Assembly (NCBI RefSeq): GCF_006345805.1
Contig: NC_043014.1
Coordinates: 41,416,001 to 41,480,000 of the forward strand
DNA length: 64,000 nucleotides
DNA from: Octopus sinensis
Lineage: Eukaryota
Direction: 5' to 3'
The translations under genes were made by a program, and so were the position numbers. Below are positions 52,847 to 64,000 of the stretch, in pieces (positions within the stretch are counted from its first letter, which is position 1; each line of letters opens with the position of its first letter). The notes below the pieces were generated by a model. The model searched no databases. It was given only the letters and a program-made list of their open reading frames with translations, and was not told where the DNA came from.

Positions 52847-53370
52847 ATACATACATATACATATACATATGCACACACGTTTGGGTGTGAAATTATAAAT
52901 CATTTTCATAATTAATAATACTAATGCCTTTAACAGAACTGTTATGTCTGGAATTTTTATTGACATTCATAAACTCTCATTGAAGCACGTTAATCACAAC
53001 ATGCATAGGTTACATGTGGAGATCGTTTGTAAATCTGAAAATGCACGTGTGGTGTCTAATGTCACACGCGCAAACACATCTATGGGTGCTCTCTCTCTCG
53101 CGCGCGCGTGACATGTGTGTGTCTGTGTAAATGTTTGTTTAAGGTTATTTAAAGGCGATTGGCAAAATAAATACGGAAAGTTTCCTCACGGGGGAAGACT
53201 TCATACTAAATTTGAATCAATGCAGTTTGTGTACATATATGAATAGACATATGTGTGTATGTAAGTATGCGTGTATGTATAGGTATAAATGCACACACAC
53301 ATATATATGATGAAAAGTTTTCCGTTCAGGGTGAATGTTAGCCTGCTCGGGTAGCATACATACATATATA

Positions 53371-53501
53371 CAGGGTGTCCCAAAAAAATGTATACACATA
53401 GTGGTTCGGCAAAAGAGAACGATAGAATAAGTACTAGGCTTACAAAGAATAACAAATTTACAATTATTTAAGGTGTGTATACATTTTTTTGGGACACCCT
53501 G
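53371..53501. mobile_element. Tc1/mariner-type MITE containing a SINE B fragment
   Basis: 28-bp TIRs cagggtgtcccaaaaaaatgtatacaca, TA on both sides. Interior 53401-53452 matches the SINE B 3' module. Confidence 0.88.
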
Positions 53502-53532
53502 TATATATGTGTGTGTGTGTGTGTGTGTTTGT

Positions 53533-53860
53533 GGAGGCGTAATGGCCCAGTGGTTAAGGCAGCGGACTCGCGGGCGTAGGATGGCGGCTTCGATTCCCAG
53601 ACCGGGCGTTGCGAGTGTTTATTGAGCGAAAACACCTAAAGCTCCACGAGGCTCCAGCAGAGTGGGGTGGCGAACGCTGCTGTATTCTTTCAAGGGCCAG
53701 TCTTGTCACACTCTGTGTCACGCTGAATCTTCCCGAGAACTACGTTAAGGGAACACGTGTCTGTGGAATGCTCAGCCACTTACACGTTAATTTCATGAGC
53801 AGGCTGTTCCGTTGGTCAGATCAACTGGAACCCTCGTCGTCGTAACCAACGGAGTTCCAG
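53533..53860 (+). mobile_element. SINE family C
   Basis: Same head and tail as 63180-63566, with an internal deletion. Confidence 0.9.
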
Positions 53861-53865
53861 AAAAG

Positions 53866-53907
<42 letters not shown>

Positions 53908-53917
53908 ATATATATAT

Positions 53918-53954
<37 letters not shown>

Positions 53955-54494
53955 TACCAATATGTAGATCATGCTAAAAGCGGAAACTTTATTGACCATC
54001 TGACAAACTGTAGCGTTCGTCCCAAGCATCTCCTACAGATGTGTAGTGTTAAAAAGCAGAAATGTAACAGTCGCAGATGAAAATGTTCCGGCTGATGAGG
54101 TGACATTGTAAATTACGTATTTCTCTCTCTTTGCGCTTCATCAGAAGCAAATATTCCCTGGAAATCGCCAGCTAAGACAAATATCAACCGCTGCGTACAT
54201 TGTAAAACCGTGATTGATATATTCATTTATGTCGAAATAAGCCCGCAGGCTGAACACGTATTCGTTATGGATGACAGAAGCAATAATAGTTGAAATTAGC
54301 AATCTTTATAACATAGCAGATACATCATTCAGCCTCTGATAAACGGTGATGAAATTGTTGGGAGTCTACCCACGGGATCTGAAAATGAATTGAAAACTAT
54401 GAGCTCGAATCAGCAGTTGTTTCCCTTATCGACCGTACAATTTCTTTAGAAAGATATAAAGATAATCATTTTCGTTATATCTTTCATAGCAAGA

Positions 54495-54690
54495 TGGGAG
54501 AATCCTTAGTATTCCAGTCAAAGTGCTCAGCGTCATTTCGTCCGTATTTTTAGATTCTGAGTTCAAAGTCCACCGAGGTCGACTTTGCTTTTCATTCTTT
54601 CGGAGTCCATAAAATATATACCCGATTACCACTAGACTCCCCTTCACCGAAATCATTGGCCTTGTGCCAAAATGTGAATCCAGGATTACA
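54495..54690 (+). mobile_element. Old SINE family A
   Basis: ttctgagttcaaagtccaccgaggtcgactttgcttttcattctttcgg. Confidence 0.7.
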
Positions 54691-54954
54691 CGATAATTCA
54701 TTATCAGGATGGATTTGTACCATGTATTATTGAATCGATCGTAACGAAGGAAAAAAATTACGGCCAGTTTCTATAAGCTATGAATAGATTTTCAGGTTTT
54801 ATGGGTCGATTTCTCATTAAAAATCCTACCCACATTCATACAAGCCGGTTTTGCATTGATTTGCAAGACAAGATCTACGTGCGTTTTTGTATGTGTGTAA
54901 CAATGTGTTACTCTCTGTCTGTTTCAATATGTCACCTCTGTATTTTGATTTTGT

Positions 54955-55600
54955 TTTATTTTTTCAGTCACTAGACTGCGGCCATGCTGGGGCACCATCT
55001 TATAGAATTTTTAGTCGATGTATCGACCCTAGTACTTACGTTTTTAAAAGCTTCTTACTTATTCTATTGATCTTTTTGGCCGAACCGCTAAGTTACGGTG
55101 AGGTAAACAAACCAGCACCGGTTATCAAGCGTTGGTGGTGGTGGTGGGGTTTTATACAAACACAGACACAAAGACATATACGCCCGTAGATATATACGAC
55201 GGGCTTCTTTAGTTTCTCATTTCTTTATTGCCCACAAGGGGCTAAACACAGAGGGGACAAACAAGGACAGACAAACGGATTAAGTCGATTACATCGACCC
55301 CAGTGCGTAACTGGTACTTATTTAATCGACCCCGAAAGGATGAAAGGCAAAGTCGACCTCGGCGGAATTTGAACTCAGAACGTAGCGGCAGACTAAATAC
55401 CGCTAAGCATTTCGCCCGGTGTGCTAACGTTTCTGGCACCTCGCCACCTTTAGTTCTTTAGTTTCCGTCTACCAAGTCCACTCAAAAAGTTTTGGTCGGC
55501 CCGAGGTTATAATAGAAGACACATGCCCAAGGTGCTACGCCTGAGAATGAACCCAGAACCAAGTGATTACGATGCAAGTTTCTTACCACACAACTTCGCC
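54955..55600 (-). mobile_element. SINE family B with a nested family A copy (55219-55450, minus)
   Basis: The B sequence resumes after the A copy. ttctttagttt is duplicated at 55205-55215 and 55454-55464. Confidence 0.88.
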
Positions 55601-56200
55601 TACTTCCACCTAGGATGTGTCATTCATCTCCATTTAAACTTCTAAGTACAGCTTTCTGTTAAGCTTCTCGCGTTAACATAAATCCTGTACATAGGAAAAC
55701 TTTGCTTTTTTTCTAAGCTGAATAATACCATTTTATAAATGACCTAACTTACGTGATTAAGCTAAGAAATAGTTGAACGTTAGCTGCGAGAGCGTTTTGT
55801 GACAATTGAAAATGAACGTTTCAAATGATTTGCTATTGAAATTATACGACTGTTAATGTCTTCGTCTGTTGTATGAACGGCGCTTCATATTATTAAAGTA
55901 CTCATAATATCAAGTCAGCCATATACATATGAATGTTAGCATGTAAACACAGATACAGAGAGACAGATAGACACACAAACAAATATATGTACAAACGTGT
56001 ATATATATATAAATACATATGGCTGAATCTTACACCTGCATGCACATACACATACATACATGTATGTGTATATGTATGCATATGTTGATGTATGTATGTG
56101 TGTATATATATATTATACATATATATACATACGTTTTGCACTATACATAATACGTAAACATGTTAATATATATATATATGTATATATATATATACATGTA

Positions 56201-56239
<39 letters not shown>

Positions 56240-56344
56240 TAATATATATGTATATTTATATATATAAAGATATATACATGTGTATATGTATGTATATATA
56301 TATATGTATATATATGTATATATGTATGTATATAATAAGTATAT

Positions 56345-56378
<34 letters not shown>

Positions 56379-56428
56379 ATGTGTATATATATATATATAT
56401 ATGTGTGTATATATATATATGTATGCTG

Positions 56429-56465
<37 letters not shown>

Positions 56466-57165
56466 TGCATATAGACGTTCGTTCAGAATCCATATGTGAA
56501 GTGAGTGAAAGGGAGGGAAAGAAAGCGAAAGAAAGAGGGAAAGAATGAGAGAGAGAGAGAGTGGTGGCGTGTGCGTGTGTGTGTGTGTGCACGCGCGCGC
56601 ATTTGTGTGTGTGTGTGTGTGAGCGAGTGAGAAGTATAATTCTGTTGATTTATATATCAGTCACGGAAAACTATATATGTTTCCTCCTAAGAAGCCGAAG
56701 TTAAACCACTAAACACCATGTTACTTTCAAATTGCATTTTGATGCTTTGGTTTGCGAACATCATTTTTTATTGAAAGCAGGCAGAAATCATCTCAACGAA
56801 TCGACCATTTCTGATGACCTATGTCATCAGCAAATGCGTGTAGGACAATCATTTGCCAGACTTGAGCTGACCAGAACTGGCCTTCGTCCAGCCAAGGTGA
56901 TGATTCCACGACACGAATTTTTGTAATTTGTGTTCGGATTAAATAGTTTTGTCATCCCAACCAAACAACCAGGGCTGTCTCCTTTGTTATAACTTGAGAT
57001 AATTTCTCTATAAAAGCCACCTTTCTTACGAAAACGGTCAGCGAAGGTGAAGTGTAATCTTGTTTTACATGGAAAATAATTAATTGCTTTCACAGCCCAC
57101 CAGGACCACATCAGATAAGAACAAAATCTAATCGGATTTATCGTTCTGTACTTTGAAGTATTTGG

Positions 57166-57166
57166 C

Positions 57167-57213
<47 letters not shown>

Positions 57214-57215
57214 AC

Positions 57216-57270
<55 letters not shown>
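57166..57270. repeat. (CAA)n(TAA)n microsatellite
   Basis: Direct inspection. Confidence 0.95.
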
Positions 57271-57273
<3 letters not shown>

Positions 57274-57577
57274 TTGTACACACAATCCAGGAAATGCCTT
57301 TGTCGCAATGGCATTTTGGAAGCAGCGAGAAACGGCAGCAGTAGGAGCCGCAGACAGAAGCATTTCCCGATAAATCAACGGTCTGGAATAATTTATTTCT
57401 ATAACCCCCCGTCGACCTCACATCCACTCCACGGCTCATCTTTCTATCATTGGATAGATTAACCGAGAAATATCAAACACTATTTCTTTACACGAGTAGT
57501 TGAAGATGTAATTTTGTGATCGTTATTTACTATGGGATATGTTTTATATAACCACGTAATGTGTGTGTGTGTATACA

Positions 57578-57579
<2 letters not shown>

Positions 57580-57625
<46 letters not shown>

Positions 57626-57806
57626 TATATATATATATATATATATATAAATAATATATATATTATATATATATAATATATATATATGAGATAAATATAT
57701 ATATATATAATATGTATATATAATACATATATATATATATATATATATATAATACATATAATAATATTATATATATATAATTATATAATATATAGATATA
57801 ATATAT

Positions 57807-57838
<32 letters not shown>

Positions 57839-58310
57839 CTATATAATATATATATAATATATATTAATATATATATATATAATATATATATATAATATAT
57901 AGTATTTAATATATATATAATATATATATATATAGAATATATATATATTAATATATATATATATATAAGATATATATATATAATAATATCTATATATATA
58001 TAATATCTATATGTGTATGTATGTATATATATACAACCATCACATACGTATACATACAAATACGTGCATATTTACTTTGATATTTATGCTTATGCATGTT
58101 TTTATATATATATATACATGCATGCATGTGTGTATATATGTGTGTAGAATAATGATGCATATACGTGTGATGTATGTACGTCGTATTTGCTCTTCTGTGT
58201 ATGTTCGTACACGTACAGATAGTCTATATCTATATCTATATATATATATATTATATATATATTATATATATATATATGTAGTATGTATGTATATATATAT
58301 ATATATATAT
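57580..58310. repeat. Long irregular (TA)n tract
   Basis: Direct inspection. A similar tract lies at 56165-56463. Confidence 0.9.
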
Positions 58311-59062
58311 AAAGCTTGACTATTTGTCAAGTTGGTGGGATAATACGATAAACATGTGAAGTAATTTCCGTCCCAACATTCCGACTTGTATGATTTGTAA
58401 TACCGACACACGCTTGCAGATGGAATGAGAATAGTTTTGGGGGTTTTTCTGTTTGTTTTTCTTGTTTATTTGTGCTTGTCTATCTATGTATGTTTGCGTA
58501 TTTGTATGTGTGCGCATGCGTGCTTGTTGTGTTGGTTTTTTTTTTTTTTTGATGCTGTTTTTTCAAGCTGAGCTCGGCTCATTATGGCTCTTAAATAAAA
58601 TGTCAAAGCCCACAGCTGCATGTAATGAAACAGCCGGCCGCTGTTTTGGTTCAGATTTAGCTAACGCGTTTCTACAATTCTCTGAATGTTATCGAAGGAA
58701 AAAGAAAAAAAATAGTTTGCTATGAATTTCTAAGTTTTGCTGATGATTACAGTTTGCGCGATATTTTTGAACCGAATTTAGAGGAACCAATGTGTAAGCT
58801 TTCCTTTTTTTTTTAAATTTTGTTACATGGTTACTAAATTTTTTAGAAGAAACACCGAAATCTACCTCAAATCACAGCCTCCGGTGTAAAAAGATGTAAA
58901 ATATTAGGTAACATTCATACACAATTAGAAAATATTTAGAAATATGTATATATATAATGTGTGTATATATTCATCAATCGATCACTAAATACACATGTAT
59001 ATATACATGCCTATTTATATACATATATACATAAATTCATATATATACACACACACATACAC

Positions 59063-59125
<63 letters not shown>

Positions 59126-59860
59126 CTTGACTATTTGTCAAGTTGGTGGGAATAATACGATAAAATGTGAAGTAATTTCGTCCCAACTATTTCCGACTTG
59201 TATGATTTGTAATACCGACACACGCTTGCAGATGGAATGAGATAGTTTTGGGGGTTTTTCTGTTGTGTTTTTCTTGTTTATTTGTGCTTGTCTATCTATG
59301 TATGTTTGCGTTTGTATGTGTGCGCATGCGTGCTTGTGTGTGTTGGTTTTTTTTTTTTTTTGATGCTGTTTTTTCAAGCTGAGCTCGGCTCATTTGGCTC
59401 TTAATAAAATGTCAAAGCCCACAGCTGCATGTAATGAAACAGCCGGCCGCTGTTTTGGTTCAGATTTAGCTAACGCGTTTCTACAATTCTCTGAATGTTA
59501 TCGAAGGAAAAAGAAAAAAAATAGTTTGCTATGAATTTCTAAGTTTTGCTGATGATTACAGTTTGCGCGATATTTTTGAACCGAATTTAGAGGAACCAAT
59601 GTGTAAGCTTTCCTTTTTTTTAAATTTTGTTACATGGTTACTAATTTTTTAGAAGAAACACCGAAATCACCTCAAATCACAGCCTCCGGTGTAAAAAGAT
59701 GTAAAATTTAGGTAACATTCATACCAATTAGAAAATATTTAGAAATATGGTATAATATAATGGGTGTATATATTCATCATCGATCACTAAACACATGTAT
59801 ATATACATGCCTATTTATATACATATATACATAAATTCATATATATACACACACACATAT
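58311..59860 (+). repeat. Near-identical ~810-bp tandem duplication (possibly an assembly artefact)
   Basis: aaagcttgactatttgtcaagttggtggg starts at 58311 and 59122. The copies differ mostly by 1-nt indels. Confidence 0.9.
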
Positions 59861-59863
59861 ATA

Positions 59864-59916
<53 letters not shown>

Positions 59917-59950
59917 GTATTATATAATATATATATATATTATATATATA

Positions 59951-59993
<43 letters not shown>

Positions 59994-60393
59994 TAGGGAA
60001 AAGTTTCGAGAAAATTCACGTGGTGAATTGTAGTCGAGGTATATTAAAGAACGAAAATGTATAAATATTTTTGTTGGATATATCTATATATCTGTCTATC
60101 TATCTGTCTGAATATATATAACGTGTATATATTATATCTATATCTATATATATATATATATATATATTATATATTATATATTTATATATGGAAATATTTG
60201 TTTACTGCTACCTACATATTATTTATATAAACATACATATACGTGTGTATATTTGTGTGTGCGTGCTAAATGAAATGCATAGTCGACTGGTTTTACTTAT
60301 TCTAATCATGACTAAGTTGTTAGTGATAATGCTACAACCTTCTTTCTTGATTGATAAGTTTTCATTCCATGTTAGTAGGAGAAGATATATATG

Positions 60394-60436
<43 letters not shown>

Positions 60437-60619
60437 TTGTGTGTGTGTGTGTGTGTGTTGTATGTATGTATATACATATGCACATACAGTGTGTGTGTGT
60501 GCATAAATACCATTACACGTTAAAAACGTCGGGAGTGAATATTTCTTTGTGCAATTTTGAAATTGTAAAGATAATTCATGAACACTGTATGTCAGTTGCG
60601 ATGACAATTGTTCAAATTG

Positions 60620-60845
60620 ATTCGATCAACGGAATAATTTGCTCGTGAAATTAGCATACAAGTAGCTGAGTACATCTCAGACACAGGTATACATAAAGTA
60701 GTTCTCAGGGAGATTCAGTGTGACAAGACTGGCTCTTTAAAATACACGTACTGCTCACTTTTCCTAGCTGAGTGCACTGCAAGAATGTGAAATAAAGTGT
60801 CTTGCTCAAGGACATAGTGCTGGAATACGAACTAACTACTAGCCA
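60620..60845 (-). mobile_element. Old CORE-type SINE with a family C-like tail
   Basis: Minus strand: CORE-like tccttgagcaagacactttatttcaca, then ctgaatctccctgagaactac..aatttcacgagca, homologous to 63423-63515. Confidence 0.7.
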
Positions 60846-61260
60846 ATTCTAGCTAGTGAAATGGCCACACAGAGACCCTAAATGTTAAGTCGTGGTATAA
60901 ATAGCAGAAGACAGAATCATTGTTTAGCTCCAAGTCAGTATTGATCTGGCAGAGTTATTACAGAGCCATAATTAAAGACGTTGCAACAGTGTCCATTCCG
61001 TCTTTTCGGAGAGTTTAATTCAGCTTATATTACACAAAAGAGATTAGAGTCGGATTTGCAGGGTATTTCGATGGTAATGTAAAAGACCGAACTTTCGGAG
61101 TACTTAGATTGTGGAACTGATTTAGTAATATGTATGTTGACGGCAGTGCATTTCTGCCGCGAGAAATATTGAAACTTTTCTAAGAAACCTACAGGTGTGA
61201 AAAGTTTGTCCGAAAATAAAAGTAATTAAAATATTATAAGCTAATAATTAAAAGGTATTA

Positions 61261-61435
61261 AAAGGCGGCGAGGTGACAGAATCGTTAGCATGCTGAGTGA
61301 AATGTTTTATGGTACTTGGTCTGCCTTTATGTTCTGAATGCAAACTCCAACAAGGTCTCCTCTGTTTTATCATCCTTTCGCCATCAATAAAATAAGTACC
61401 AGTTGAGCACTGGGGTCGATGTAATCGACCTAATT
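61261..61435 (+). mobile_element. Old SINE family A
   Basis: aaggcggcgagg..catcctttcg..aagtaccagttgagcactggggtcgatgtaatcgac. Confidence 0.75.
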
Positions 61436-61734
61436 ACTCCTGGGTCAGAGTATCGAAAATATTAAAAAGTTTTGCATACTTTTCCCAAGGTATGTTGAAC
61501 CAGTGTCTGAAAGTAGACTTATGAAACCAGTTTGATCTCAAGCCAGTCTTTGGTAGAGAGAACATGCTGAGACGTTAGCCCTTCGTCCTGCAGTGGACTG
61601 CACATGGGCAATCCAGTTCAGTCCAAGGTATTAATTATTACAAATACTGAAACAGCAATTACGATCCGGAATGTTGACTACACTTTGATATTTTAAATTG
61701 ATGGAGTTTCAAATATTATTTTCTACCCTAGCCA

Positions 61735-62085
61735 GTCGATTAGATCGACCCCAGTACGCAACTGGTACTTAATTTATCGACCCCTAAAGGATGAAAGACA
61801 AAGTCAACCTCGGTGGAACTTGAACTCAGAACGTAAAGATAGATTAAATACCTATTTCTTTACTACCCACAAGGGGCTAAACATAGAGAGGACAAACAAG
61901 GACAGACAAACGGATTAAGTCGATTACATCGACCCCAGTGCATAACTGGTACTTTATTTAATCGACCCCGAAAGGATAAAAAGCAAAGTCGACCTCGGCG
62001 GAATTTGAACTCAGAACGTAACGGCAGACGAAATACCGCTGAGCATTTCGCCCGGCGTGTTAACGTTTCTGCCGGCTCGCCGCTT
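61735..62085 (-). mobile_element. SINE family A, head plus ~1.6 bodies
   Basis: Junction aaatacc|tatttctttactaccc at ~61852, the same as in the other multimers. Confidence 0.88.
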
Positions 62086-62699
62086 TTGGAATTTAAAATA
62101 TTACACATCAAAACATCTTAGAATCCTTCTTATGAAGAAAGTACATTCTATTTTCATTTCTAAAGCTCGTTATGTGAGATCATATTGATGATACATCAAT
62201 TTATATTTGTTTTGCAAGCTTTATTATCTATATGTCTAACACAAAATAGTTTTTGTCTACATTTAACGTTGAACAAAACTGTTCACATTGCTGAGGGAAA
62301 GAAAATATGATGCAATTATCGATCCACGATTTCTCAAAAGTCAATATTTCTCAATAAGATCAATAATATTATAGCATTACTCAATAGAAAACTACTACTT
62401 TTAGATATAAATGTATTTATCATATTTTAGATAAATTATCTTGAGATGCAAGGTTCCATGTACTTTGACCTTTAATTTCGTATATTCAGAGTTCTCCGAT
62501 CATAATTTTGCAAAACTCAAAGAAATCTTTGTAATTGATTTAAAATGTTGAAATATATATAGAATAGATATTCCACCATTGTGTTGTGTCTGGGGAGAGT
62601 CATTTTATTTTTTGCGCCTTATAATTTAACTTAACACACTTACCGGTAAAATTTTCACTTATTCCCTTCTTATATATATATATTATATATATATATATA

Positions 62700-63040
62700 G
62701 TTATCGCCATACTAATATGGCAGTCTTATAAATATAAGACTAAAGCTGTCGCTGATTAGCTCCATGAGGCCATCGCCTTAAGCTAGCTATTTGACACACA
62801 AACTGCGTCCATTATATGAGTTTTCGTGTTGAAGCATATTCTGTTGTGTCTGGGGAGAGTCATTTTCTTTTTTGTGCCTTATAATTTAACTTAACACACT
62901 CACCGGTACAATTTCCACTTATTTCTTATTTTTATTTTCCTAAAAATTTTACCGGTGAGTGTGTTAAATTATAAGGCACAAAAAGAAAATGACTCTCCCC
63001 AGATACAACAGAATATGCTTCAACACAAAAACTCATATAA
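62700..63040. mobile_element. Asymmetric fold-back element; partial direct copy at 62581-62670
   Basis: ~100-bp inverted arms at 62812-62913 and 62945-63040, with an unpaired extension at 62700-62811 next to (TA)n. Confidence 0.85.
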
Positions 63041-63179
63041 AGAATCTTGCAAACCAAATACAAAAAAGGGAATTCCACCTTTGATTCTAGATTTTGTTTG
63101 GGAAAAATATCTTGTGGTTTTTCAGTTGTTTTACAAGCTAATGCAACATTATTTCAAAGCTCTTTATATTAGTGAGATG

Positions 63180-63566
63180 TGGAGGCGCAATGGCCCAGTG
63201 GTTAGGGCAGCGGACTCGCGGTCATAGGATCGCGGTTTCGATTCCCATACCGGGCGTTGTGAGTGTTTATTGAGCGAAAACACCTAAAGCTCCACGAGGC
63301 TCCGGCAGGTGATGGTGGTGATCCCTGCTGTACTCTTTCACCACAACTTTCTCTCACTCTTACTTCCTGTTTCTGTTGTACCTGTATTTCAAAGGGCCGG
63401 CCTTGTCACTCTCTGTGTCACGCTGAATATCCCCGAGAACTACGTTAAGGGTACACGTGTCTGTGGAGTGCTCAGCCACTTACACGTTAATTTCACGAGC
63501 AGGCTGTTCCGTTGATTCGGATCAACCGGAACCCTCGTCGTCGTAACCGACGGAGTGCTTCCATCC
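63180..63566 (+). mobile_element. SINE family C, full length
   Basis: A box tggcccagtgg, B box ggtttcgattccc. 14-bp TSD atattagtgagatg at 63166-63179 and 63567-63580. Confidence 0.92.
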
Positions 63567-63581
63567 ATATTAGTGAGATGG

Positions 63582-63770
63582 AAGGCAGCGAGATGGCAGA
63601 ATCGTTGGCACGCTCAGCAGTATTTTATCCGTCTTTACGTTCTGAGTTCAAATTCTGCCACGTTTGATTTTTACCTTTTCAGGGTCGATAAAATAAGTAC
63701 CAGCTGATGTACTCGACTAATCCCTTTCCCCGCACTTGCTTGCTTTGTGCCAAAATTTGAAATCTGTATT
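63582..63770 (+). mobile_element. Old SINE family A
   Basis: aaggcagcgagatggcagaatcgtt..gagttcaaattc..gggtcgataaaataagtaccag. Confidence 0.75.
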
Positions 63771-64000
63771 AGGAAGAAGCGGAGCAATAAGTCATTCAGT
63801 TTTTAAAATTCCAAAGGTAGATTATTTATGTGGCTATTGATATCGATCGAAAATCCGAAATCAAATAAACATATTTACTCCTCTATTTTCTTAATGTCTG
63901 TGACTTTAATATCCTTTAAAGAGATTTACTTCATTTTTCTGCTTGTACAAACACTTGGGCATACGCTTATTATTTAGTTAATCTTTTTAAAGATTTTACC

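Noticed and set aside
54092-54145. CTGATGA motifs on both strands
   Set aside because: There is no stem II or correctly placed GAAA and stem III.
63180-63255. Possible tRNA gene
   Set aside because: A and B boxes are present, but the sequence continues into a SINE body with a TSD and has no clean acceptor stem or poly-T terminator.

Overview
AT-rich, repeat-dense eukaryotic DNA. The tRNA-derived SINE repertoire and extreme (TA)n/(CA)n/(CATA)n/(GATA)n content suggest an octopus or other cephalopod genome (inference). Almost all ORFs in the supplied track are microsatellite translation artefacts. Only one convincing protein-coding exon was found: 17123-17373 (+), a partial CUB-like domain with canonical splice sites. 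The rest looks like intron or intergenic DNA, with a 100-N scaffold gap at 31498-31597. It contains at least four SINE families (labelled A-D here), fragments of RTE-like and R4/Dong-like LINEs, non-autonomous Helitrons, hAT-, Merlin- and Tc1-like MITEs, several asymmetric fold-back elements sitting in (TA)n tracts, and local tandem duplications. Most interesting: (i) minimal type I hammerhead ribozyme folds with a shared non-canonical CCGANGA core in two unrelated Penelope-like fragments (33372-33423, 34617-34654); (ii) SINE A occurs as head-to-tail multimers with the same junction at three loci, and one dimer is bounded by a single 16-bp TSD, which implies a multimeric RNA template; (iii) an RLE-type LINE that repeatedly abuts (CATA)n, alongside a (TAA)n-embedded Dong-like element; (iv) SINE heads and tails that are swapped as modules. 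All family names are by-eye motif recognition; no database search was run.
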